Shown: positions 39,134-47,442 of the stretch, piece after piece
Layout: every line of letters begins with the position of its first letter
Numbering within the stretch: the first letter of the stretch is position 1
NCBI GenBank assembly: GCA_964549075.1
Contig: CAZJUB010000014.1
Coordinates: forward strand, 1-49,795
DNA from: an uncultured archaeon
Lineage (GTDB): Archaea > Asgardarchaeota > Heimdallarchaeia > Heimdallarchaeales > Heimdallarchaeaceae
DNA length: 49,795 bases
Reading direction: 5' to 3'
The notes under the pieces: model-generated
The model's input: the letters and a program-made list of their open reading frames with translations, nothing else
What the model was told of the DNA's origin: nothing
Databases searched by the model: none
Translations under genes and position numbers: made by a program

Positions 39134-40447
39134 TTATTTTCCCATAGAAGTAAGTATCCGTTCTGAAATCTTTGAGCATTTCTCAATAATTTTCCATTTA
39201 TCTAAAGTTAAGTGCTCTCTATTCTCATAAACAAATTCGCCATTCACAAGTAAATCAGTAACATCAGAACTTGAGGAGGAAAAAATAACATTGGATAAGG
39301 GTTCGTTTTGTGGCCAAGAATGACTCCGTTGTAAGGATAATAAGGTCACATCTGCTGGAGAATTATCAGAAATCCCTTTGGATTCTACCCCCATAGTTTT
39401 CATTCCTTGTATTGATCCAAGTAGTAATACTACTTCATTATCTAAAACGCCAGGATCGTTCGCTAGATATTTCTGCAACATCGCAGTTGTAGCAAGTTCT
39501 TCTAACATACCTAGATCATTATTTGATGCATTACCATCTGTGCCTACAACAACTGCTATTCCTTGTTCCAGATATTTGTAAACTGGAGCAATACCACTTG
39601 TCATTTTAAGGTTAGACTGAGGGTTATGTAAAACAGTTAGGTTTGAATCCTTCATTATTTGCCATTCTTTTGGAGATGTGTGAACGCAATGAGCTCCTAG
39701 TATCTTCTCTTCTGTAAATCCTAAATCATGAATGTACTCAATTGGAGATTTACCAAAGTTCTGTATTGCTTCATCTACTTCGCGTTTGGTTTCATTCAGA
39801 TGAATGTGAATTGGCAAAGAGTATTTTGCTGCTAAATCTTTAATCTCCAAAAGATAATCCTTAGGGACCGTATAAGGTGCATGAGGTCCTATACCATATT
39901 TAACTAAACTATCATTTTGTTTGCTTTTCCTTTCTACAAGATTTGAAACATGTTTCCAAGTTTTTTCAAGACTTCCTGATTCAGGGGTATTATCAAAAAC
40001 AGATGGACAGATTAATGCTCTAATTTTTGATTCTTTTACTGCTTTTTCTATTGATTCAGCATAAAAATATTGGTCAACAAATCCGCTTATTCCTGATTCT
40101 ATTAATTCTAGACAACCTAATAGAGCTCCATAATAAGCGTCTTCTGATGACATTTGCATCTCAAAAGGCCAAATATATTTATTCAACCAAACCATCAATT
40201 TTTGGTTATCGCATATCCCTCTTAGCAGAGTTTCAGGTAAATGTGTATGACTATTAACAAGAGCTGGAATTGCTATATGATTTAACCTATCGATTTTATC
40301 ATGCCCTGATAAAAATTTCTTTATTTCTTTTTCTCTTCCAACAGCTATTATTTTATCTCCCTCAATTAGTATGGCCCCCTCTCTTATCAATTTATCACAC
40401 TTTGATCCAGAAATAATATATTTACATTTAATGAATGTATCACTCAT
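39134..40447 (-). CDS. Amidohydrolase (MTA/SAH deaminase-like)
   Basis: NSHTH, GPHAPYT, HIHLNET, AHCVH, HNPQSNLK, GTDG.ASNN. Confidence 0.9.
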   Translation of the reverse strand: MSDTFIKCKYIISGSKCDKLIREGAILIEGDKIIAVGREKEIKKFLSGHDKIDRLNHIAIPALVNSHTHLPETLLRGICDNQKLMVWLNKYIWPFEMQMSSEDAYYGALLGCLELIESGISGFVDQYFYAESIEKAVKESKIRALICPSVFDNTPESGSLEKTWKHVSNLVERKSKQNDSLVKYGIGPHAPYTVPKDYLLEIKDLAAKYSLPIHIHLNETKREVDEAIQNFGKSPIEYIHDLGFTEEKILGAHCVHTSPKEWQIMKDSNLTVLHNPQSNLKMTSGIAPVYKYLEQGIAVVVGTDGNASNNDLGMLEELATTAMLQKYLANDPGVLDNEVVLLLGSIQGMKTMGVESKGISDNSPADVTLLSLQRSHSWPQNEPLSNVIFSSSSSDVTDLLVNGEFVYENREHLTLDKWKIIEKCSKISERILTSMGK

Positions 40448-40506
40448 TTACAACAAACTAAACTTTGTAATTAAAAAGAAAAGTCTTTCCCTTCCCAAAA
40501 TAATTA

Positions 40507-41733
40507 TTAGATTTCTTCCATTTCAAATATTTTTGATAAACGGAAATCACCTTCTAACACTTCACGGACTTGTCTATGAGGAACTGTTAGATGTATTCTT
40601 TTAGATCTACCATATCTTCCTTTACTAATAACCTGTGCTGTTACTATTCCTAACATATCTAATTCATTTATTAAATCCCCAACTCGTCTTGCGGTTAAAA
40701 TATCTAGTCGCACTAATTTACAGATTTTCGAATATATTTCATAAACATCACCGGTGGTTATTTCTTCAGATTTTCCTTCACCCATAAAAATAGCTTGTAG
40801 AACAGCTTTTGTTTGAATAGGGAGAGAACTTAAAACCTCAATTACAGTGTTTCTTTCTATAACTTGTTGTGCTTTTCGTACATGAATTTCTGTAACTTTT
40901 TCATCTCCATTTCTCTCAGCGAGTTCAGCTGCAACACGAAGTAAATCCAATGATCTTCTAGCGTCACCATGCTGCTGCGCTCCAACTGCAGAACAAAGAT
41001 TAATGACACCAAACTCTAGAATATTTTTGTGAAAAGCTACTTCTGCTCTTTGAGTGAGAATATCGTTGAGTTGTTCAGCTGTATAGGGTGAAAAAACAAT
41101 CTCTTCTTCACTTAAACTACTACGGATCCTTGGATCTAGTGTTTCTTTGAAGTTTACATCGTTAGTAATTCCAATGATACTAACCTTAGATGATTCCAAA
41201 TCACTGTTCATTCTTGTCAAAACGTACAAGGATTCTGAACTTTTTCGATAAAGCATATCGACTTCATCTAAAACAGTCACATGTAAAGTATCAAGTTCAT
41301 CTAATGCTTCTTTGAACTTCTGGTATATAACATCAAAATGCAAACCTGTAAACGGAACATCTATTCCTATATCCTCACACAACTGGGTCAATACCCTGTA
41401 TTTGGTATCCACATGTTGACAGTTCATATAACTGTATTTGAAAGCTAGATTTCTAGACTCCGCTCTTTCTTTTAATTTCGATAGAACTTGTTTGGTTACT
41501 GCAGTTTTACCTGTACCTGTTGTCCCATAAATGAAAATATTGGACGGTGCTCCACCTCTCAATGCTGGTGCTAAAATCTTTGCTAATTCCTCAAATTTAT
41601 CATCTCTATGAGGTAGAATGTCAGGAACATAATGAGGACTTAACACATCTCTCTCCCTGAAGATTTTTGTTTGAGCATCCAAATATCGGTCGAATATTTC
41701 ATCTATATTGGATTTAGGTTTTTCATCCATCAC
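40507..41733 (-). CDS. cdc6: Orc1/Cdc6 replication initiator
   Basis: L.P.YVP..LPHR, GTTGTGKT, VLDEVD, LDPRIRSSL, GDARR.LDLLR, GRYGR. Confidence 0.96.
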   Translation of the reverse strand: MMDEKPKSNIDEIFDRYLDAQTKIFRERDVLSPHYVPDILPHRDDKFEELAKILAPALRGGAPSNIFIYGTTGTGKTAVTKQVLSKLKERAESRNLAFKYSYMNCQHVDTKYRVLTQLCEDIGIDVPFTGLHFDVIYQKFKEALDELDTLHVTVLDEVDMLYRKSSESLYVLTRMNSDLESSKVSIIGITNDVNFKETLDPRIRSSLSEEEIVFSPYTAEQLNDILTQRAEVAFHKNILEFGVINLCSAVGAQQHGDARRSLDLLRVAAELAERNGDEKVTEIHVRKAQQVIERNTVIEVLSSLPIQTKAVLQAIFMGEGKSEEITTGDVYEIYSKICKLVRLDILTARRVGDLINELDMLGIVTAQVISKGRYGRSKRIHLTVPHRQVREVLEGDFRLSKIFEMEEI

Positions 41734-41852
41734 TTATTCATCTCTTTACAGTTAGATATTAAGAATTTTCAACCAATGTTTAACTTTGTCGATAGATGAC
41801 GACTAAAACTATCATCAAGATTATGAATTGAATATACGTAATTCTAGATGTA

Positions 41853-42167
41853 TTAAGCTAATTTGAATAATACTTTGGGTCTTCCTCTAGTACTTCGTGG
41901 TATTGATTCTTTCTTTATAATCCCTTTTGATATCATTTTAGCTAAGTTGTCATAAAGGGTTGAACGTGGAATATGTGTTAAAGCAACGAGTTGATTACGT
42001 GTAAGAGGTCCATGTTCGTCAAGAAGTTCAATAAGAAGATTGTCTAGCTCAATTTCTTGATCGACTTCATCACTGTAAACATAGACTCGTCTACTACTCA
42101 CTACTATTCCTTGAATGTCAGATTTTTCCTTTATTTTCTTTGTTAACATATGCTTACTTTGTTGCAT
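41853..42167 (-). CDS. Winged helix-turn-helix DNA-binding protein
   Basis: GPLTRNQLVALTHIPRSTLYDNL..M...G.I....RGRPKVLF. Confidence 0.85.
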   Translation of the reverse strand: MQQSKHMLTKKIKEKSDIQGIVVSSRRVYVYSDEVDQEIELDNLLIELLDEHGPLTRNQLVALTHIPRSTLYDNLAKMISKGIIKKESIPRSTRGRPKVLFKLA

Positions 42168-42298
42168 TCTATCACTCTATTTCACTATCTATATATTTAG
42201 AGGATTTATGTCGATTAAATAAGTCAATATAATCCACAGAATATCAGAGTAATATCTAATAATTTCTTTAGCATCAAACTATATATACTCGACGATAA

Positions 42299-42649
42299 AT
42301 GGGAATCGATAAAACAAGCCAGATTCAAGCTGATTTACTTAATATTATTGATGATATTGATAAGCAAATTGAGAACTTATCTTTACATGATCCTATTTTT
42401 GGTTTCATCAGCCCCAAGTTCATTAAATGTGGAAAGAAGAATTGTAAATGTCATTTCAACACTAAAGATTTACATGGACCATATTTCTACTTACGTCTTG
42501 AACCTGAATATAAATACAATAAATACCTTGGTAAAGAAATACCAAGAACTATTAAGGAACGAGTCAAAATTGGGTCCACCATTAAAACGTTAGAAAAAAA
42601 GCGTGCAAGAATTATCGAAACTGTGTCTCATCTTGATTCTATAATTTAG
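42299..42649 (+). CDS. DUF6788-like small Zn-binding protein
   Basis: KCGKKNCKC...HGPYFYL...KYLGK motif. Confidence 0.7.
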   Translation: MGIDKTSQIQADLLNIIDDIDKQIENLSLHDPIFGFISPKFIKCGKKNCKCHFNTKDLHGPYFYLRLEPEYKYNKYLGKEIPRTIKERVKIGSTIKTLEKKRARIIETVSHLDSII

Positions 42650-42729
42650 ATTATAGTTGTCTTATTGTTTTTTTACCAATTTTTTTAGTAATTGTACATC
42701 TGTAATATTTTCGTAATATAATTTTCTTA

Positions 42730-43170
42730 TTATTCACTGAAGAAGTGTAATACGCGACGAATACGGCAATCACAATGAATACAAGGATTCACTTTTACTA
42801 ATTTTTACATATTAAAGCTTCTTATATGTTTCTTGCTTTATTACGCTATTTTGTGAAGTTCTGTATTGAAACCGTTCACTGCGTTCCCAAAAGTGTGTGA
42901 ACAAAAATATAATTACGACAAAAATTCCTTCAATTTATAATTTAATTTTTTATTTGAATTACCCATTTGTGAACCAAAAAAGTTAACCCCTTTATTTCCA
43001 CTGGAAAACTGTGATTTTTGCAACTACAACCCGTTCACAACATGTGAATAGGCTTTTAGGAGAAATAACACCTTAATTCTAACATCTAAGCCAATTTCTT
43101 TTGGAATCATTTCACATACTTTTGTGAATTCTTTACTAAATAGGTTCTAATCTAGTGGTTTTTTCACTTT
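42730..43170. other. Probable chromosomal replication origin (oriC)
   Basis: Within a 640-bp non-coding gap near cdc6; contains an ORB and an AT-rich tract at about 42930-42960. Confidence 0.75.
42986..43006 (-). promoter_or_regulatory. Origin recognition box (ORB)
   Basis: Minus strand TTCCAGTGGAAATAAAGGGGT matches the archaeal ORB consensus including the G-string. Confidence 0.88.
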
Positions 43171-43287
43171 ATTTTGAGAGTTTTTTTATTATAGACTTGT
43201 TATTTTTCTTCAAAGGTAATCATTAATATAGAACTTCTTTTAAACCCATCTTGAAAAGCAAATTATTCAATTAAGGTGAATCCAAAT

Positions 43288-44421
43288 ATGTCAGATTTTA
43301 ACATTAAATTATTAGAAGAGTTATCTAATGAGTTTGGTCCTTCTGGTTTTGAATGGGAAGCTCAAAAGATTCTCAAGAAATATGTAGAAACTTTCTCTGA
43401 TGAAATACTCAAAGATAGAACAGGAACTTTAGTCTTTACTTCTAAAGGATCCTCAGATAGTCCGAAGATTATGATAGCCGGTCATATGGATGAGATTGGT
43501 TTTCAAGTTGCTGCCATTACTAAAGATGGGTATCTCAAATTCCATCAACTAGGAGGATGGTGGGATCAAACACTTCTTTCTCAACGAGTGAAAGTACGCA
43601 CAGTAGAAGGTAAACTCATTCCTGGTATTATTGCTGCTAAACCCCCCCATGTGGTGGACGCAGAAGAACGAAATAAGGTTGTTACTAAAGCTAATATGTT
43701 TATAGACGTTGGTTGTACCTCCAAAGAAGAGGTAAAGGAAATAGGGATAAGAATAGGTGATCCTATTATGCCTGATGCTGTTTTCGAGATTTGGGAACGT
43801 CCTCGTATCTCTAAGGATGAGAAAGAGGAAGAGAAGAAAGAGAATGTTACTCTAGCTGTTGGTAAAGCTTTTGATGACCGTGTTGGTGCAGTTATTACTG
43901 CTGAAGTCGTCAAACAGCTTAAAGCTGAAGGTATTCAACATCCTAACACTGTTTATGGTGCGTCTACTGTTCAAGAGGAGGTTGGTCTTCGGGGTGCTCG
44001 TACTGCTGCTCAAATGATTAAACCTGATATCGGTATTGCCCTTGAAGTAGATATAGCAGGTGATGTACCAGGTATTGACGAGACCAAAGCTCCTGCCCAC
44101 ATGGGTAAGGGTCCTAGTATTCTAACTTATGACGGTTCCATGATTCCTAATCCTCGATTCAGAGATTTTGTTATCAAAGCAGCAGAAGAGTTAGAGATAC
44201 CTCATCAACTTTCCGTGGTACCAGGGGGAGGAACAGATGCAGGAGTGATCCATCTAACTGAGATGGGATGTCCAAGTATAGTCATTGGGATACCAACAAG
44301 ACACATACATGCTCATAATGGGATATTAGATTTAAAAGATGTAAAGAATGCCATAAAACTAATCATAGAACTGATAAAAAGATTAGATAAAGAAACAGTA
44401 GCATCATTTACAGAAATATAA
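43288..44421 (+). CDS. M42 family aminopeptidase (TET-like), copy 1
   Basis: GPSGFE, AGHMDEIG, KAFDDRVG, VQEEVGLRGA, GGTDAG, RHIH. Confidence 0.93.
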   Translation: MSDFNIKLLEELSNEFGPSGFEWEAQKILKKYVETFSDEILKDRTGTLVFTSKGSSDSPKIMIAGHMDEIGFQVAAITKDGYLKFHQLGGWWDQTLLSQRVKVRTVEGKLIPGIIAAKPPHVVDAEERNKVVTKANMFIDVGCTSKEEVKEIGIRIGDPIMPDAVFEIWERPRISKDEKEEEKKENVTLAVGKAFDDRVGAVITAEVVKQLKAEGIQHPNTVYGASTVQEEVGLRGARTAAQMIKPDIGIALEVDIAGDVPGIDETKAPAHMGKGPSILTYDGSMIPNPRFRDFVIKAAEELEIPHQLSVVPGGGTDAGVIHLTEMGCPSIVIGIPTRHIHAHNGILDLKDVKNAIKLIIELIKRLDKETVASFTEI

Positions 44422-44486
44422 TCTGGAACCGTTATTTCTACTTTTTTCTTGTTTTTTGCAATGCTAGAAAAGAGGTGAATGGAGAA

Positions 44487-44521
44487 ATCTTACCACAAGA
44501 AAAAAATTTACGTGGTAAGAT
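44487..44521. repeat. 35-bp palindromic element, copy 1
   Basis: ATCTTACCAC-aagaaaaaaatttac-GTGGTAAGAT. Confidence 0.9.
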
Positions 44522-44641
44522 AAGTATTGGAGAACTTAGTTTTTCCTTGGTAGCTAATATTTTTTTAGAGCAATAGTTAAATAATTACTATTATTGTTGG
44601 TTTCAAGCATATTAAGGAAATGAATCTTATAAGGTGAATAA

Positions 44642-45775
44642 ATGACGGATTTTAACATAAAAATTCTAGAAGAACTGTGTAATGCCTTTGGTCCCTCAGG
44701 TTTTGAATGGGAAACTCAAGGTAAATTAAAAAAATATGTCCAACCTTTTGCAGATGAGATTCTACAAGATAGAACAGGAACTTTGATTTTCACATCTAAA
44801 GGTGATATAGAAGGTCCTAAGATTATGATAGCTGGTCATATGGATGAAATAGGTTTTCAAGTCTCTTCAATAACCAAAGATGGGTATTTGAAATTCCATC
44901 AACTAGGAGGATGGTGGGATCAAACACTTCTTTCTCAAAAAATTGTTGTCAGAACATCTGAAGGCAATCTCATTCCTGGTATTATTTCTGCTAAGCCTCC
45001 TCATGTACTAGGTGCAGAAGAAAGAAAGGAAATCGTTACTAAAGATAATATGTTCATAGATGTTGGTTGTTCTTCAAAGGATGAAGTCGAGGATTTAGGT
45101 ATAAAAATAGGTGATCCTATGATACCTGATGCCAAATTTGAGATATGGAAGAGGGCACGTATCAAGAAGAAGGATGATGAAATACTGGAAAGGAAAGAGG
45201 TTACACTCGTTGCTGGTAAAGCTTTCGATGATCGTATAGGTGTAGTCATTGCAGCTGAGGTTATCAGGAAAATTAAAGAAGAGAGTATTTTCCATCCTAA
45301 CACTATCTATGGTGCGTCTACTGTTCAAGAAGAAATAGGTGCGCGTGGAGCCAAAACTTCTGCTCAGATGATCAAACCTGACATTGCTATAATTGTTGAA
45401 GTAGATATTGCAAGTGATGTTCCTGGTATAGATGAAGCCAAAGCTCCTACTAAGCTGGGTAAAGGTCCGAGTATTATGACTTATGAATTAGCTATGATTC
45501 CTAATCCCAGATACAAAGATTTTGTTATTAAGACAGCAGAAGAGATAGGGATACCTTTGCAATTATCCTTAATGCCAGGAGGAGCAACAGATGCAGGACC
45601 AATTCATACAACAGAACTAGGATGCCCAGGTATAGTAATAGGAGTACCGACAAGACATATACACGCACCCAACGGAATAATGGATCTAGAAGATGTAGAT
45701 AAAACAGCGGAATTGATTCTAGAACTAATAAAAAGATTAGATAAAGAAACAGTGGAAGGATTTACAAAAATATAA
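44642..45775 (+). CDS. M42 family aminopeptidase (TET-like), copy 2
   Basis: Same catalytic motifs as copy 1; tandem paralog. Confidence 0.93.
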   Translation: MTDFNIKILEELCNAFGPSGFEWETQGKLKKYVQPFADEILQDRTGTLIFTSKGDIEGPKIMIAGHMDEIGFQVSSITKDGYLKFHQLGGWWDQTLLSQKIVVRTSEGNLIPGIISAKPPHVLGAEERKEIVTKDNMFIDVGCSSKDEVEDLGIKIGDPMIPDAKFEIWKRARIKKKDDEILERKEVTLVAGKAFDDRIGVVIAAEVIRKIKEESIFHPNTIYGASTVQEEIGARGAKTSAQMIKPDIAIIVEVDIASDVPGIDEAKAPTKLGKGPSIMTYELAMIPNPRYKDFVIKTAEEIGIPLQLSLMPGGATDAGPIHTTELGCPGIVIGVPTRHIHAPNGIMDLEDVDKTAELILELIKRLDKETVEGFTKI

Positions 45776-45841
45776 TCAAAAACATTAAATCCACTTTTTT
45801 CAATTTTTTAAATAATAAGAGCAGAGAAAGTAAGGGGAGAA

Positions 45842-45876
45842 ATCTTACCACAAGAAAATATTTTACGTGGTAAGAT
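45842..45876. repeat. 35-bp palindromic element, copy 2
   Basis: ATCTTACCAC-aagaaaatattttac-GTGGTAAGAT. Confidence 0.9.
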
Positions 45877-45921
45877 TGACAATCATTCTTCTCAGCTGCT
45901 CGAAAACAGTGTAAAATAAGA

Positions 45922-46371
45922 TTAACCTAATAGATCTGGGGGTATCTCTAATACTTTCAGTTCCCCATATATTTCCTGTAATTTCCTTGTAATAGAATAC
46001 AGCCTCTGAGATACACTACCTTTTCTGTTTAACATATTTTCATCTGCTAATCTGGATAGGTAAGTACTTACTGTACTCATTTTCACTCCCTCTTTGAATA
46101 TTATTTCGTATAATTCACATACCTCATTTGAAGTAAACCAATCTCCTTCAGGATAATGATTTCTAATTATACTTGCTACACGTTCTATTTTTGAAGCACC
46201 AATTAAATCATTAACACTTGCAATCTTTAATTGTTCTTTTTCTTCTTCTGCTGGAGATCCATCAGATTTTCCTGTAACTAAGGCAAGTGTAGTTTTAAGA
46301 CTCTCAGTGTCCCCTGAGGGTATTCTTATGATTGTACCATCTGGTAACTTTATTGTTACTTCTTTTGGCAT
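45922..46371 (-). CDS. Winged-helix DNA-binding protein
   Basis: WFTSNEVCELY...MSTVSTYLSRL...L.RKG...R.Y; ATG at 46371 (GTG at 46380 possible). Confidence 0.78.
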   Translation of the reverse strand: MPKEVTIKLPDGTIIRIPSGDTESLKTTLALVTGKSDGSPAEEEKEQLKIASVNDLIGASKIERVASIIRNHYPEGDWFTSNEVCELYEIIFKEGVKMSTVSTYLSRLADENMLNRKGSVSQRLYSITRKLQEIYGELKVLEIPPDLLG

Positions 46372-46428
46372 ATAAATCACTTAACTACTACTTATTTCAC
46401 TAATTTCCTTATTTAAAGGTAGATATCA

Positions 46429-46474
46429 TGTTAGACTAGTATCTAACAGTCAAAATAAACTAGTATCCTACAGT
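46429..46474. promoter_or_regulatory. Candidate operator upstream of the wHTH gene
   Basis: Inverted repeat TGTTAGA-N6-TCTAACA plus imperfect direct repeat ACTAGTATC..ACAGT; adjacent to a minus-strand TTTAAATA box. Confidence 0.5.
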
Positions 46475-46777
46475 TAAAAACCTAAGTAATATCCATTTAT
46501 GTAAGGCAAAAGTGAGAGAGACCCCCTTTCTTCCATTAGAACTAATATTATATATAAATAAGTTTTCAGTTCATTGAAAAACGAAAGATTTATATAATTA
46601 ATGATTTCTATTAACTTGACCCTATGTACAAATGTAGTATAATTAATTATTTTTTTTATGTACAAATGCTTTAAATCGCTCCACTTGAAATGATGGGGCG
46701 TGTGTATATTTGTCATTTTTCTATCGTCAAAATCCATAAGTTTAAAATGAAATATTAGACGTTTTTTCACGAATAAA

Positions 46778-47059
46778 ATGGTCACACGAATCAGATTATG
46801 TGTAAAATGCGGTAGACCAATCAATAACACTACAGGTTATTGTGAAGATTGTTCCAAAGAAGTTTCCATTGGAGTTAAAGATCACTGTTCCAATTGCGGT
46901 AAAAGCAACTTAATGTCTCCTTTAGCTTACAATGTTAAAACTAAACACACTTATTGCAAAGAATGTTTAGATCTTCTTGTAAAACAGTTGCGACTTCAAG
47001 AAATACCTGAGGATCATATTAAACGAATTATAGATCGCGATTTTGTTCCTGTTAAATAA
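46778..47059 (+). CDS. Small double zinc-ribbon protein
   Basis: Four CxxC motifs. Confidence 0.75.
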   Translation: MVTRIRLCVKCGRPINNTTGYCEDCSKEVSIGVKDHCSNCGKSNLMSPLAYNVKTKHTYCKECLDLLVKQLRLQEIPEDHIKRIIDRDFVPVK

Positions 47060-47189
47060 AATTCAAAGCATTTAACATCTTCTAATTAAGCTAATTCTAC
47101 ATATGTGCTTATCCATCACCTAGGAAGAACATTTGGCTATAAAAATCTCCATTATGAAATTAAACGTATAGTTATACTATCTTATTTAT

Positions 47190-47240
47190 CCCCTAATTTT
47201 CCCAGTACCGGCCCCCTAATTTTCCCAGTACCGGCCCCCT
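47190..47240. repeat. 23-bp perfect tandem repeat (2.2 copies)
   Basis: CCCCTAATTTTCCCAGTACCGGC twice, then CCCCT. Confidence 0.92.
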
Positions 47241-47252
47241 CCAGAATACAAA

Positions 47253-47287
47253 ATCTTACCACGTAATTATTTTTAGTGTGGTAAGAT
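47253..47287. repeat. 35-bp palindromic element, copy 3 (inverted orientation)
   Basis: ATCTTACCAC-gtaattatttttagt-GTGGTAAGAT. Confidence 0.9.
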
Positions 47288-47442
47288 TTCCTATGTTCTC
47301 TCCGACTTGAACTACATTTATTTCTCTAAACACAAAAAAACATACCATAAAAGAGAAACCAAGTAAGTATTAAGCATCGAGGACAGATTCTCTAGTATTT
47401 CATTGCTTTATTCAAGTATATCTCAATAACTTTCATAGACTT

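Noticed and set aside
1066-45328. Many short ORFs nested in or antisense to well-supported genes (e.g. 1066-1371, 7945-8220, 9961-10254, 43581-43913, 45001-45303)
   Set aside because: Shadow frames of conserved genes with no independent motifs.
46474-46830. 118-aa minus-strand ORF
   Set aside because: Overlaps the Zn-ribbon gene, has atypical composition and no motif.
44487-47287. Palindromes as a CRISPR array or Xer/dif sites
   Set aside because: Copies are about 1.4 kb apart and separated by genes, no cas genes are present, and the 15-nt spacer does not fit the 6-8 bp core of tyrosine-recombinase sites.
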